Part shown: positions 50,546-61,239 of the stretch, one piece after another
Layout of the letters: each line of letters opens with the position of its first letter
Position numbering within the stretch: the first letter of the stretch is position 1
Source: an uncultured virus (IMG/VR IMGVR_UViG_3300045945_000056)
Taxonomy: Duplodnaviria > Heunggongvirae > Uroviricota > Caudoviricetes
Virus record (IMG/VR): IMGVR_UViG_3300045945_000056
DNA length: 64,000 bases
Strand: one strand, 5' to 3'
The notes under the pieces: generated by a model
Told to the model about the DNA's origin: nothing
Databases searched by the model: none
The model's input: the letters and a program-made list of their open reading frames with translations, nothing else
Program-made: the position numbers and the translations under genes

Positions 50546-50716
50546 GCCCATTCCATTTTTTTGGATAGGAAATGTGTACGCCTTGAATCGCGCAGCCGAA
50601 GGCCGCAGCAGCACAGCGTTTGGCCGGGCGGCGAAGCCGGACGGTCTATTCCGTGCTGCAAGGCGATTCAAGGTTAAAGTACACATTTCCAGGCTCCAAA
50701 AAAATGTTTGGGCGCT
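50546..50716. repeat. Long branched hairpin
   Basis: GGAAATGTGTAC/GTACACATTTCC and CCTTGAATCGC/GCGATTCAAGG arms with small side loops. Confidence 0.75.
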
Positions 50717-51108
50717 TATTTTAATATTCTCAGATAATGTTCTACTTCTTCGCGGGTGAGTTGACCAGATTCGACGCGTTGTTTAATTTTATTTAGGTTT
50801 AACTTCTCCTTTTTCGGTTTAATTGGTCGGGGCGACGATTGAATTTTTTGCTCAGGTAAGAATAGCGTGCTTACTTGCGCGAGTTTATCATTAAATACCG
50901 CGGCTTCTAGGCCATGCTTTTCCTCCAAATGTCTATTGTAACACGCATAACACAGTTTTACTTTACATGTACTGCATATTCTCTGTGCTGTGCATACATG
51001 CTTATATTTGGCGAGTGTAGTTTGCCGGCTAACCATAGTGATTAGCTTGCGGAGCTGAGTCGATGTTAAATTTTCCAAATCAATTTGGTCCAAATCTGGT
51101 ATATCCAT
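50716..51108 (-). CDS. Zn-binding hypothetical protein, genome B
   Basis: Paralogue of 5216-5620. Confidence 0.7.
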   Translation of the reverse strand: MDIPDLDQIDLENLTSTQLRKLITMVSRQTTLAKYKHVCTAQRICSTCKVKLCYACYNRHLEEKHGLEAAVFNDKLAQVSTLFLPEQKIQSSPRPIKPKKEKLNLNKIKQRVESGQLTREEVEHYLRILK

Positions 51109-51429
51109 TCGCTGTTCCTTTCTAGATTCAATTTCCATAAACATCTACTTACCCTAAGAGTGTAACAGTTTTACAACCTTGTGTCAAGTACAAAATTTTA
51201 CTCCGTATTTGATGCGGAGCGACTATAGGTTAATATTTCCCAAGCTATATCAAAACAGTGTGCGCAAGTGTAAATCGCTTTAGTTTCGCCTGTTCTAATC
51301 ACAGTAGTTGCGGGCTGATTACAGAAAGTACAGCGCATGATTTGCTCCAGTGGCTAAATTTTAATTGCGAAGTGAGCCGGCGAATAAAGTTTGGTGTTTT
51401 AATCGGCCGGCCCAGGTGTAATTTACTGC

Positions 51430-51897
51430 TTAATCTTCCTTATTTAATGGCGTACCACTGTGTAACAATTCTAGCGCAGCTTGAGCCATTTGGCGTTGCT
51501 GTGGTGTTAACTTAGCTATAGTGTTGTTTTTTAACTTAGTTAATTCCGTAGGTGTAACCACCATATTTTCCTCACTATATGCGCCATGCTCTCGTGCTTC
51601 AGCTATATAATTTTCCTTATCCACACGTCTGTACTTGCTTCTTGGCGTACGTTCAGGCGCAAGTTGTACCGTATTTAATATTTCTATTGCTTCATCAAGT
51701 GATTTAACTTCACATTGCCCACTACGTAGTGCTATCCAATCCTCTATTATACTGCGCACTAATGCACTCATATTCTTTAGCGCACCATAATGTTGGTTTT
51801 GTAGAAATAGTCTGGCTGCCTGGGCTAAATGCCTGGCGTCTACATATGTCTGCACATTTAAATGTTCTAGTTTAACGAATCTAGTAATTTTGGCCAT
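51430..51897 (-). CDS. Hypothetical protein, genome B
   Basis: Paralogue of 8255-8704. Confidence 0.7.
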   Translation of the reverse strand: MAKITRFVKLEHLNVQTYVDARHLAQAARLFLQNQHYGALKNMSALVRSIIEDWIALRSGQCEVKSLDEAIEILNTVQLAPERTPRSKYRRVDKENYIAEAREHGAYSEENMVVTPTELTKLKNNTIAKLTPQQRQMAQAALELLHSGTPLNKED

Positions 51898-51969
51898 TCT
51901 ATTCCCTTCCTACTGTAATTTTCACTACGCTTACCTCATTCCGTAGCGCGGGCCTTTAATTATCTTGGT

Positions 51970-52218
<249 letters not shown>

Positions 52219-52986
52219 ATGAGTATGTGTCAAGAAAAAAGTTTATTCCGAACATGTTCCATTTAATTTATGCTTTCCTAATTTCCATATTTAAATAAAT
52301 TTATTAACGGAAAATTGTAACCAATTATGAAAACCAGTAAAGAAACCCCGACCCCTTTTTCCGAAGCTAAAACTTTTTAAATAATTAAAATGGGCTGGAA
52401 ATGAATCCCAGCCCATTAAATTAGCTATTTATGTTTAAATTTTAGTTTTTCCTTCCTCCTCAATAAAATCTGCAAGCAAATGTTTTTTCGCAAGCAGATC
52501 GACCATTGCAATTAAGCATGTTTTACAAAATCCAATTCCATAAAACTCAATTAGCAATGGCTTTTCACACCGCACGCATAAAACTTTTTCCATTTACGTT
52601 ACTCCTTTGGAATTAAAATTTGAACGTTGGAAATTAATTCGGCTGTTACTTCCGCATACATATCCTCCTTACATTCCGCACAGATGAATATTTTACTCCA
52701 CACACGTAACACCAAAACGTCAACCCTATTCGAGCCGCAAATTTCGCAATAATTCGATTCCAATTTAATTTCCTTTCTCCCTCTTGAAATTAATTACCAT
52801 TTTGTGAACCGCATCTGCACACGAATTGCATATGCAATATGTAAATCCATCTGTTAAATGCAGTACATAAGTATTCTCCATTACCAGGTTAATATTTGCA
52901 TTACACAGATCACAGGCGACAACATTTTTATTTTCCATTTCCGTTCTCCTTGTTGGGCAGGAAATTAATCCTGCCCAGCTAAATGT

Positions 52987-53196
52987 TTACTTATCCCGCC
53001 TGATTGTGTAGGTCCATAGCTCGGCATAAAATACTATTTGCTGACCGACGTTCATACCTTTTATAGCGCGGGTTTTAGATGGCGGCCATTCAATACCGCA
53101 ATCTAACACCAGACTTGTCAATATTTCTGGCAGCGGCTTTGAATAGATATTATTCCCGGGCATTAACAGCGTGTATAACCTGGAATCTTTAGCCAT
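52987..53196 (-). CDS. Hypothetical early protein
   Basis: ORF with GGAG RBS. Confidence 0.6.
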   Translation of the reverse strand: MAKDSRLYTLLMPGNNIYSKPLPEILTSLVLDCGIEWPPSKTRAIKGMNVGQQIVFYAELWTYTIRRDK

Positions 53197-53404
53197 TTTT
53201 ATTCTCCGGTTTAGAAATGGTTTTAACTTTCGGATCCAATAAAAAATGCGTCAATTTGTGATTGCACACCGGGCACAGTCTAATTGTTACTCCCGGCTGA
53301 GTGCTGAGTGTAACTAGGGCGAAAGCATTAGAAAACAATGCTAGTTCGCATATATTGCATTTCATAATGTTCTCCTTAGGACGTGAGTAATTGGGAGGGA
53401 ACAT
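53189..53404 (-). CDS. Small Cys-rich early protein
   Basis: CNIC and CPVC motifs; true start is probably MKC. Confidence 0.5.
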   Translation of the reverse strand: MFPPNYSRPKENIMKCNICELALFSNAFALVTLSTQPGVTIRLCPVCNHKLTHFLLDPKVKTISKPENKNG

Positions 53405-53423
53405 TTGCTCCCTCCCATCTAAT

Positions 53424-53822
53424 TTACTTTAGGTCTTTCAATAGCGCCTGCAGTAACTTCGCTAACTCCTTTTTCTCAGTGGCATCTTTAGTGGCCTTAA
53501 CTGCGGCTGTAAAGTCCGCTACTTTGTCGATGGCCGATTTTGGCGGATAACCCGTGCTATCAACAGTAGTAATACCCGCTTCATGTCCATCAGAGTTAAT
53601 TTTCTTATCCCTAATGGCATGCCCAACAGCGTGTTTTACTTTCTCAATAGCGCGGCGTTTCATATCCGCAAAATCTGCGAATTGAATGTTTATATGGTAC
53701 TGGATTCCAGTTTCGCCCTTAGCAGGGTAGTACATCACTGGAACATTGGCGGCAAATAGGTTAGCTGCCGTCAATTCCACATCAACATCCGCCACTACTA
53801 ATTCTTCAGTCTTGCGCGCCAT
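53424..53822 (-). CDS. First early gene, genome B
   Basis: Counterpart of 10908-11297. Confidence 0.7.
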   Translation of the reverse strand: MARKTEELVVADVDVELTAANLFAANVPVMYYPAKGETGIQYHINIQFADFADMKRRAIEKVKHAVGHAIRDKKINSDGHEAGITTVDSTGYPPKSAIDKVADFTAAVKATKDATEKKELAKLLQALLKDLK

Positions 53823-54184
53823 TGCAATTTCCTTTGCTGAGTATGCCGGCGTATCATGCCGGCTAGGTTAAACCGGTTAGGTACACTTGTGGCACACTGG
53901 ACACAATTGCGGCTAGTGTGGCCGAGCTGTATTTAGTTGTCAAAGACCGAGCTCAGCGCGGGCCCTCAGTCCGCCTGAGTCATGCTATTTACTATTTGAT
54001 TGTGACTATATTATAGCACGCTCTCAGGAAATTGCAAATCGACTCGCTGGCAAATTTTGTTCGATGGGGACGATTTAGCTGCGCTAAATCGGGAGAACAG
54101 CTTTCGTTGTCGCATCACTAAAATCAATTGTGAATTTAAAATAGCGTGTTATCTACAGATTCTTTTCTCTAGTATAACGGAAGC

Positions 54185-54213
54185 TTGACAAAAAATCAAT
54201 AGTGGTCTACAAT
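54185..54213 (+). promoter_or_regulatory. Late promoter, genome B
   Basis: TTGACA-17-TACAAT, syntenic with 11782-11810. Confidence 0.8.
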
Positions 54214-54376
54214 TATAGGCGGATGGCGAAAAGTTTGCTCTATATTGAGCAGATAGATTCGGAGTAATTAACCGATGAATATAGAATTATCGAAACGCGC
54301 AAGGAACGTAAATACTTAGCCAGTAGTAAGCCTGGCTACATTCAATATTTAGAGTTACATATACGGGGATTTAGAC

Positions 54377-54832
54377 ATGGATAAGCGATTCAAAGACGCT
54401 CGCAAATACAATATTAAAAAGCTATGGGAACTCCACGCAAATATAGCACAGCAAGTTAGTTTAGGTAAAACGAATATCGAAATTGCAGACGAGTTGCAGA
54501 TTACTCCGCAGACAGTATCGAATGTACGCAACAGTCCAATTGGTAAACAAAAAGTAGAATTACTTACAGCCGAAATGGACGCGGAAACAGTTGATATAGG
54601 TCGGCGCATACGTGAGTTCGCACCAAAAGCGCTAGAATACCTCGAACGAATAATTGAAGGACGCGAGCCAGGCGCATCGGTAGCACTTCGAGCTAAATAC
54701 GCCGCACAACATCTCGGACGCGCGGGGTATGGTGAAATTACGAAAGTACATTCGCTTAACGCAACCGTTACACGCGAGGACATAGAAGCAATTAAATCTC
54801 GCGCACTTGAAGCGAGGAACATTACCCCATGA
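54377..54832 (+). CDS. Putative terminase small subunit, genome B
   Basis: QTVSNVRNSPI and HLGRAG identical to the A copy. Confidence 0.65.
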   Translation: MDKRFKDARKYNIKKLWELHANIAQQVSLGKTNIEIADELQITPQTVSNVRNSPIGKQKVELLTAEMDAETVDIGRRIREFAPKALEYLERIIEGREPGASVALRAKYAAQHLGRAGYGEITKVHSLNATVTREDIEAIKSRALEARNITP

Positions 54833-55035
54833 AATGCGTATATTGGTCGGATGAACGGAGCTACAGGCTCGATGGCACGCCATACACGCGGCTAACTTTG
54901 CGTATAGGTGAAGAAAAAGAAATATTTGCTAGTTGGCAAAGGCCGCTCGAAGCGATAGATATAGATAAAGTGCGAAGTCTAGTAGAAGATTTTAGCGCAA
55001 AAGGGTATGAGATATATATGCCACGGGTAAATTAG
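54829..55035 (+). CDS. Hypothetical protein
   Basis: ATGA overlap with TerS. Confidence 0.6.
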   Translation: MKCVYWSDERSYRLDGTPYTRLTLRIGEEKEIFASWQRPLEAIDIDKVRSLVEDFSAKGYEIYMPRVN

Positions 55036-55075
55036 TTTCGGCAGTAGCCGACCCCTCGCTTGGAGGAGGAAAAAG

Positions 55076-55270
55076 TTGAAAACAAAAGTTAAACTACCCC
55101 CAGAAGTTGAAGCTATTGCGGAGCGCGTTGATAATTCGTACATGGCACTCAGGAAACTTGTTAGTGAGGCAATACCAAATAACTACGAGAAAACTATAGC
55201 ATTAAATGTTCTAAAGAATAGCGCGAAATGGGCTCAGCGTGCCCTCATCGAATCACGTCCTCGGAATTAA
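55076..55270 (+). CDS. Acb2/Tad1-like helical hairpin protein (putative)
   Basis: GGAGG RBS. EKTIALNVLKNSAKWAQRAL resembles the family motif EKSLA.TKLEEA.MWA..AI. Confidence 0.5.
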   Translation: MKTKVKLPPEVEAIAERVDNSYMALRKLVSEAIPNNYEKTIALNVLKNSAKWAQRALIESRPRN

Positions 55271-55379
55271 AATTTAATCAGTGGGGGAAATTTTGGTAGA
55301 TATATTAGCAAGAGAAGTTGAAGTTGTGTTGAGTACAATATATGCTAAAATTAGACCAAAATATTTTAAGGATAAGACT

Positions 55380-55553
55380 ATGGAAGACCAAGCTACAGTT
55401 GATCTAGCACAGATTGCGTACGAAGTTTATGCCGAGCACCAAAATTGGAAAAATTATGCGGGTCAACCTATTCCGCGATGGGCGGATGTACGCGCAGATA
55501 TAAAATCCGCGTGGATTGCGGCAATAAGTGCAGTATTAGATTTGCGGCATTAG
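55380..55553 (+). CDS. Small conserved phage protein
   Basis: AQIAYEVY...G..IP.W......AW.AA..AV pattern. Confidence 0.6.
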   Translation: MEDQATVDLAQIAYEVYAEHQNWKNYAGQPIPRWADVRADIKSAWIAAISAVLDLRH

Positions 55554-55827
55554 TTTCGCCAGTAGGCGACCCCGCCACTGGAAAAGGATAAGCGAAATGA
55601 TCCTGCAGTGGATAAATTTTAAATTGGAAATTACTCCCAAGAGACCTTCGCTACTGGTACAGCAAGCCGACGACCAACGGGAGGAGGCGATGACCGTAGG
55701 CACCTACCGCGGGTTAGCACCTGGTTATGGTACAGCGCATCTATGCTCCGAGACCACTCGCGGGGCTACGATGATACTGTTGGAACCTCTACTTACTTCC
55801 CAATGCGGAAGCATAATTTGAGGTTAT

Positions 55828-57360
55828 ATGGCAACTTTAACTACTAATTTAAGCCTCGAAGATACACTTGGATTGTGTTACACTGATTTGGGTGTAATGA
55901 GTAAAACGTTCATGCCCCAAGCTTTCTCCGCTAGCTATTCTCCCCTTCATTATTCTGTAATTAAACACCTCGACTCACCCGCTAAGCAAATCGCTATTGC
56001 CGCACCTCGAGGTTTAGGTAAAACTTCCTTCGCTCGTGCTATGGTAATGCGCGCAATTTTATTCCGTCAATATGAGTTTATACTTTATGTCTCGAATAGT
56101 GAAACCGTGGCCGAACTGCAAACAGAGAACATCAAGCGTGAGTTGCGGAGTAATCCCGAAATTAGGAAAATCTTTGGTGATATCGCTATTGCAGCAGACT
56201 CAGACGCGGATTTTTCTGAGACATTTTCTAAGCGCGCTTGGGTTGCTTTCGGTAATACATTGGTACTCCCGCGTGGTTCTGGACAGCAAGTGCGCGGATT
56301 GCTTTATAAACACGCCAGGCCACAGTTAATTATTATTGATGATTTGGAGAAACGTGATGAGTTAGAAAATCCGGAAAATCGACGCAAGTTAAAGGAGTGG
56401 TTTCATAGCGACTTAATGAAATGTATTAATCGGTATGACAATAACTACAAGTTTATCTATTTAGATACGCTAAAACATAGCGATGCTCTTATGGAAGAGT
56501 TACTCAATTCGCCTGAGTGGGTATCAGAGCGGTTGGATATATGTACAGATACTGCAGAGGGTTTAGTATCTAATGTCCCCGAACTAATATCCACTCAGGA
56601 ACTGCGCCGTGAATATGAAATACATAAAGAAAATGGAACCCTAGATATATTTTACAGCGAGTTTCGTAATCTACCAATCGCTACTGAAAATCAAGGCTTT
56701 AGGCAGGAATATTTCCAACATTATTCAGAAAATCAGCTTGAAACTAAAAATCTAGAAAATTATATCATAGTTGATCCCGCGAAATCTGTGAATATGAGTT
56801 CGGCGGATTCAGCCATTGTAGGAATTGGCGTAAATTTCCAAAGCGGCGCGATTTACATTCGTGATGTAGTGTCGCGTAAAATGTTCCCTGATGAATTGTA
56901 TGCAGAAACGTTTGATATGAAGGTAAGACTCAATGCACACCAAATCGGAATTGAGGTTACGGGGCTGGAGGAATTTATTAAACAACCTTTTACCAATTAC
57001 ATGTTGGGACTCGATCCACGATTTAGCTGCGAACTTATTTGGCTCAAAGCTCGTGGCGGAGATCCGGGGGGTGATAAAGGAAAACTCAAACGAATTGGAA
57101 CCTTGGCCCCTTACTACCGAAAAGGCCACATTTATCATAATGCAACATGTACGTCCAAACTTGAAGGCCAATTGCTCAGTTTTCCTAAAGGCAAATTGGT
57201 GGACGTCGCAGACGCTACAGCGTACATCATCGAACTTTTGGAACTCGGAGGTCGATATTTCACTTCGCCTGATGAAGTGATTGATCCTACGGGGGAAGAT
57301 GAATTTGCCCAATTAGATTATGAAGGAACAGGTACACTTTCGCGGTATCAGAGGATTTAA
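55828..57360 (+). CDS. terL: Terminase large subunit, genome B
   Basis: APRGLGKT, IIIDD, VDPA and DVAD. Confidence 0.92.
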   Translation: MATLTTNLSLEDTLGLCYTDLGVMSKTFMPQAFSASYSPLHYSVIKHLDSPAKQIAIAAPRGLGKTSFARAMVMRAILFRQYEFILYVSNSETVAELQTENIKRELRSNPEIRKIFGDIAIAADSDADFSETFSKRAWVAFGNTLVLPRGSGQQVRGLLYKHARPQLIIIDDLEKRDELENPENRRKLKEWFHSDLMKCINRYDNNYKFIYLDTLKHSDALMEELLNSPEWVSERLDICTDTAEGLVSNVPELISTQELRREYEIHKENGTLDIFYSEFRNLPIATENQGFRQEYFQHYSENQLETKNLENYIIVDPAKSVNMSSADSAIVGIGVNFQSGAIYIRDVVSRKMFPDELYAETFDMKVRLNAHQIGIEVTGLEEFIKQPFTNYMLGLDPRFSCELIWLKARGGDPGGDKGKLKRIGTLAPYYRKGHIYHNATCTSKLEGQLLSFPKGKLVDVADATAYIIELLELGGRYFTSPDEVIDPTGEDEFAQLDYEGTGTLSRYQRI

Positions 57361-57440
57361 TTTTATGGGCTGACGCCCCCGCGACTTGAACAGCATATCT
57401 GTTCAGCGAATTAAAATTTTATCGCTGGAGATGAAATTCC

Positions 57441-57656
57441 ATGTGTGATACTCCAGGATATGTTTCTTATATACCGTGTGAATCTGTTATAGAAGACAGA
57501 CCTGCGTATTGGTTAACATATCACATTACGTTTTATAAGTGGCATGAAGCCGAAACTAAAATGTACTTAAATTGTGTAATTACCTCACCTAAGAATTATC
57601 CGACTCCCTTGGAACAGTTATATCGTAGAATGAACGAAATGGATGCGTTATTATGA
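57441..57656 (+). CDS. Hypothetical protein inserted between TerL and portal
   Basis: ATGA overlap with the portal gene; absent in A. Confidence 0.55.
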   Translation: MCDTPGYVSYIPCESVIEDRPAYWLTYHITFYKWHEAETKMYLNCVITSPKNYPTPLEQLYRRMNEMDALL

Positions 57657-59584
57657 GTGACCGAAATTTTAACTACGAATATCCCGGTGGGTTAGATTGG
57701 ACACCTGGCGGTAAGTTACACCAGGACATTATGTCTAGATTAATTCGCTATGCTCAAGACGCAGCGTCTAACATACAAGAGCGCTACTCTAGCTGGCGTG
57801 AAATGGATAAAAAACTTCAAGCGTATATTCAAATTGATAAGAAAGAAAAGAAGGTACTCGAAGATGACCCGCGAAAGCCGGTATCAATTGTTTTTCCTTA
57901 TACCTACGCAATTCTTGAAACATTGGTTTCTTACCTGGTTGCTGCTTTTACTCCTGAGCCGATATTTCGTTATGAAGGTGTATCGCCAGAAGACGTTGCT
58001 GGTGCAACGCTTATGGAGAAGGTAATTAATCTTCAATGTAATAAATCTAAAGTTGTACTCAATCTTCACACGTTCTTTAGAGATTGCAGCGCATACGGAT
58101 TGGGTATAGTTGCACCACAGTGGATAATTAAACGTGGAAAGAAGGTACGAAGTGTTAGAGATGGAATTTACGATGGAAGTGGACAATTTAGAGAGACGCG
58201 TAAATATAAGCGTACGGAATCCACAGTACTTTTCGAAGGTAATGCGTTAGATAATATCGATCCTTATTGCTATTTACCAGATCCGAATGTACCGATTCAC
58301 GAACCGCAGCGGGGAGAATTCGTAGCTTGGATGGATAGCGACGCGTATGTTAATTTACTGTGTGATGAGGAAGTTGATGGCGATTTATTTAATGTAAAAT
58401 ACTTAAAAGATGTATCGTCGAAAAGCACTTCGATTTTTGGTGAAACATCACGCTCGCAAACACGTCGTCGAGATAACTGGACGCGGCAGTTTACCAATAC
58501 AGCATTGCTTGAGCCCATTGATTTACTTAACATTATTGTTAAACTTATACCTAAAGAATGGGATTTGGGTGATTCTACGTATCCTGAGAAATGGCTTTTT
58601 ATGGTGGCGGCGGATAAAGTAATTTGCAAAGCAAAACCCCTTGAATTAAATCACGATATGTTTCCAGTTGCAGTAGCAGCACCTGAGTTCGATGGATATT
58701 CTCCAGTAGCATTTTCTCGGTTAGAAATACTCTCTGGCATGCAAACTGTTGTGGATTGGATGTTTAATAGTCATGTTACAAATGTGCGTAAAGCAATCAA
58801 TGATCTTATTATCGTTGATCCATACTTGCTTAATTTACCTGATCTTGAAAACAGTGAGGCGGGCGGCATTATACGCTTACGACGCCCAGCGTGGGGACGC
58901 GGGGTGGAAAACGCAGCTATGCAGCTTAATGTTGTTGATATTACTCGTAATAATGTTGCGGACGTGGGCTTTGTTATTGATTTTATGCGGCAGATTGCTG
59001 GCACAGACAATCCGTTTATGGGCAATTTACGAGGCGGAGGACCAGAGCGACTTACCGCCAAAGAATTTCAAGGAACTGCCGCCGGAGCAATAAATAGACT
59101 AGAGCGTATCGCTAAAGTTGTTGGTGTTCAGGCTATGCAAGATATTGGTTATATGTTTGCGATGCACCTCCAGCAGTTTATGAGCGAGGATGTTTATGTT
59201 AAAACTGCTGGTGAATGGCCTAGCAAAGTTCTACAGAACTTTGCTGTTAAGGAGGGTCGAGTTAAGGTTAGCCCGTATGATGTGTTGGTTGATTACGATT
59301 TAATTATCCGCGACGGTAGTATTCCTGGTGGCGCTTTTAGTGATGCGTGGATACAACTTTTTCAAATAATTAGCCAAAACCCGTTTTTATTACAGCGATT
59401 TGATGTAGTAAGACTTTTCAAATATATAGCCACAAATTTAGGTGCAAAGAATGTGGACGATTTTGAGTTAAGTATGGAAGCGCGGCCAGATGCGGAAGTT
59501 GAACAAGCAGTACAAAACGGCAGTTTACAGCCACTCAGCTCGGAGGTTACGATGAATGGTGCTATTCCAGGGGGATTAGCCTAG
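57653..59584 (+). CDS. Portal protein, genome B
   Basis: Paralogue of 13992-15956. Confidence 0.85.
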   Translation: MSDRNFNYEYPGGLDWTPGGKLHQDIMSRLIRYAQDAASNIQERYSSWREMDKKLQAYIQIDKKEKKVLEDDPRKPVSIVFPYTYAILETLVSYLVAAFTPEPIFRYEGVSPEDVAGATLMEKVINLQCNKSKVVLNLHTFFRDCSAYGLGIVAPQWIIKRGKKVRSVRDGIYDGSGQFRETRKYKRTESTVLFEGNALDNIDPYCYLPDPNVPIHEPQRGEFVAWMDSDAYVNLLCDEEVDGDLFNVKYLKDVSSKSTSIFGETSRSQTRRRDNWTRQFTNTALLEPIDLLNIIVKLIPKEWDLGDSTYPEKWLFMVAADKVICKAKPLELNHDMFPVAVAAPEFDGYSPVAFSRLEILSGMQTVVDWMFNSHVTNVRKAINDLIIVDPYLLNLPDLENSEAGGIIRLRRPAWGRGVENAAMQLNVVDITRNNVADVGFVIDFMRQIAGTDNPFMGNLRGGGPERLTAKEFQGTAAGAINRLERIAKVVGVQAMQDIGYMFAMHLQQFMSEDVYVKTAGEWPSKVLQNFAVKEGRVKVSPYDVLVDYDLIIRDGSIPGGAFSDAWIQLFQIISQNPFLLQRFDVVRLFKYIATNLGAKNVDDFELSMEARPDAEVEQAVQNGSLQPLSSEVTMNGAIPGGLA

Positions 59585-59826
59585 TGAGTGAGTACAACGC
59601 GACTCCGAGGGAGATGCGCGACTTCATTATATCCGCAATTTGGCGAGATTTACGCGATGAATTGCACCAATGGTTGGAGGACATACGCAATCAATTAGAA
59701 ATAGAAAGTAATGTGGAAATAATTAGACGACTTCAAGGCAATGCTGAAGCGGTTAATAGATTTATTCGTTTACCGGAAGTTATGGTTGAAGCAATGGAGA
59801 TGGATTATGGGCGAAGAGAACTTTGA
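59584..59826 (+). CDS. Small conserved head-module protein, genome B
   Basis: Paralogue of 16199-16447. Confidence 0.75.
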   Translation: MSEYNATPREMRDFIISAIWRDLRDELHQWLEDIRNQLEIESNVEIIRRLQGNAEAVNRFIRLPEVMVEAMEMDYGRREL

Positions 59827-60568
59827 TTTTAGTGAATTGGGAGATAGTGGTGGGGATGTTGCGGGAGAATCGCAACAAGAATTAGCTGAAACAACCAATC
59901 AAGGCATGGTCGAAGAGGCTCCTTCAAGCGGCGAAGCTCGCTCCGAGCCGCAACGTCCTTCCGCTATCTCTAACGAAGAATATACGCCACGCGAACGTGC
60001 GTTACTTGATCGAATCGAACAGCTTACGAATCAAGCGTATCAAAGCCAAAGTTCTCCGCAACAGTCTGCACAATTTGAAGCACAGACGCATAATTTTCTA
60101 GAAGGATTGGATATAGATGAGGTACTTTCGAGCGGTGAAAATTTAAATAAATTGTTGCTCGCCGTTTATAATAAAGGGTTGCAGGAGTCCATGCGTATCG
60201 CGCGGGAGGGTTGGACAGGCGCGGCGCCTGGTATGATTAGAACGCATATAGATCAGCATATGACTATGCGCGAACTCGTAGATAATTTTTATGCATCAAA
60301 CCCTGATTTGGTTAATGCTAGGAAAACAGTTGGCGCAATTGCTAATGAAGTTTCACAGGAGAATAGCGAATTAACTATTGAACAAGTTTTCGCTGAAGCT
60401 GCGAAGCGTACACGCGAGGTATTGGGACTGCCAAGCGTTTCACCTTCTGCAGAAGGTGAACAGCACGAGCGTCCTAATTTACCTCAGCGGCGTCAACCTG
60501 GAAATAGACGAAACGGAACTGCGACGCTTACTGGCGTTGCAAAGGAGATTGATGATTTAATTACATAG
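59807..60568 (+). CDS. Putative scaffolding protein, genome B
   Basis: FLEGLDIDEVLSS.ENLN.LLLAVYN shared with A. Confidence 0.7.
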   Translation: MGEENFDFSELGDSGGDVAGESQQELAETTNQGMVEEAPSSGEARSEPQRPSAISNEEYTPRERALLDRIEQLTNQAYQSQSSPQQSAQFEAQTHNFLEGLDIDEVLSSGENLNKLLLAVYNKGLQESMRIAREGWTGAAPGMIRTHIDQHMTMRELVDNFYASNPDLVNARKTVGAIANEVSQENSELTIEQVFAEAAKRTREVLGLPSVSPSAEGEQHERPNLPQRRQPGNRRNGTATLTGVAKEIDDLIT

Positions 60569-60622
60569 GCGGGGCGACGATTGGACTGCAGCGTTAAAAT
60601 TTTAATTGCGAAGGGGCTCGGA

Positions 60623-60898
60623 ATGTTTGTTACAGGTGACTATGCAATGTTGCCTATAGATACAGTACTCAACGTTAATCCAGATACAGCTTTCGTGGAG
60701 GTAATGTTGCCATATGTTGGTGAAGCAGTGGGTAAGTTTTATTCTATTAACAATGTAGGTACAAGCGGAAATACGGTGCATGTAGTAGATCATGGTGATT
60801 CGACCGGCTTTGTTTCGCCAGACGATTTAACTAGTGGAGGAGCGAGTCTATATTTTAGTAATGGTGTGCAGTGGTTGCTCGTGTATAGTAATGTTTGA
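60623..60898 (+). CDS. Small beta-rich virion/decoration-like protein
   Basis: V.LP...G...I.N......SNG..W pattern; start codon uncertain. Confidence 0.5.
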   Translation: MFVTGDYAMLPIDTVLNVNPDTAFVEVMLPYVGEAVGKFYSINNVGTSGNTVHVVDHGDSTGFVSPDDLTSGGASLYFSNGVQWLLVYSNV

Positions 60899-60914
60899 TT
60901 GAAGAGGATTAATT

Positions 60915-61229
60915 ATGAATTGGCAAGAAGAGATGATTAATCGAATAAATGAGTATGAACGTAATGCAAATACACCGGAAGAATTAGGGCGCGGCTATTT
61001 AACCGAAATGCTTCCACCAGGTGAAATGGAAATTGTTATGGAATTAATTAACGATAGTAATAGTGCAGTGCCTATACTTACGGCTACTGATGCATTTGAA
61101 AAATGGCAAGGATTATCCGAAGAAGGAAAGAAATTATTGAACACGTATACATTAGGTGAAAAAGATGTTAATGCAAAAGGTTTTGGCTGGCATATAGGAG
61201 CACCTTTAGGTATTCCACTAACTAATTAG
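60915..61229 (+). CDS. Hypothetical protein
   Basis: GAGG RBS. Confidence 0.6.
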   Translation: MNWQEEMINRINEYERNANTPEELGRGYLTEMLPPGEMEIVMELINDSNSAVPILTATDAFEKWQGLSEEGKKLLNTYTLGEKDVNAKGFGWHIGAPLGIPLTN

Positions 61230-61239
61230 GAGATTAATT

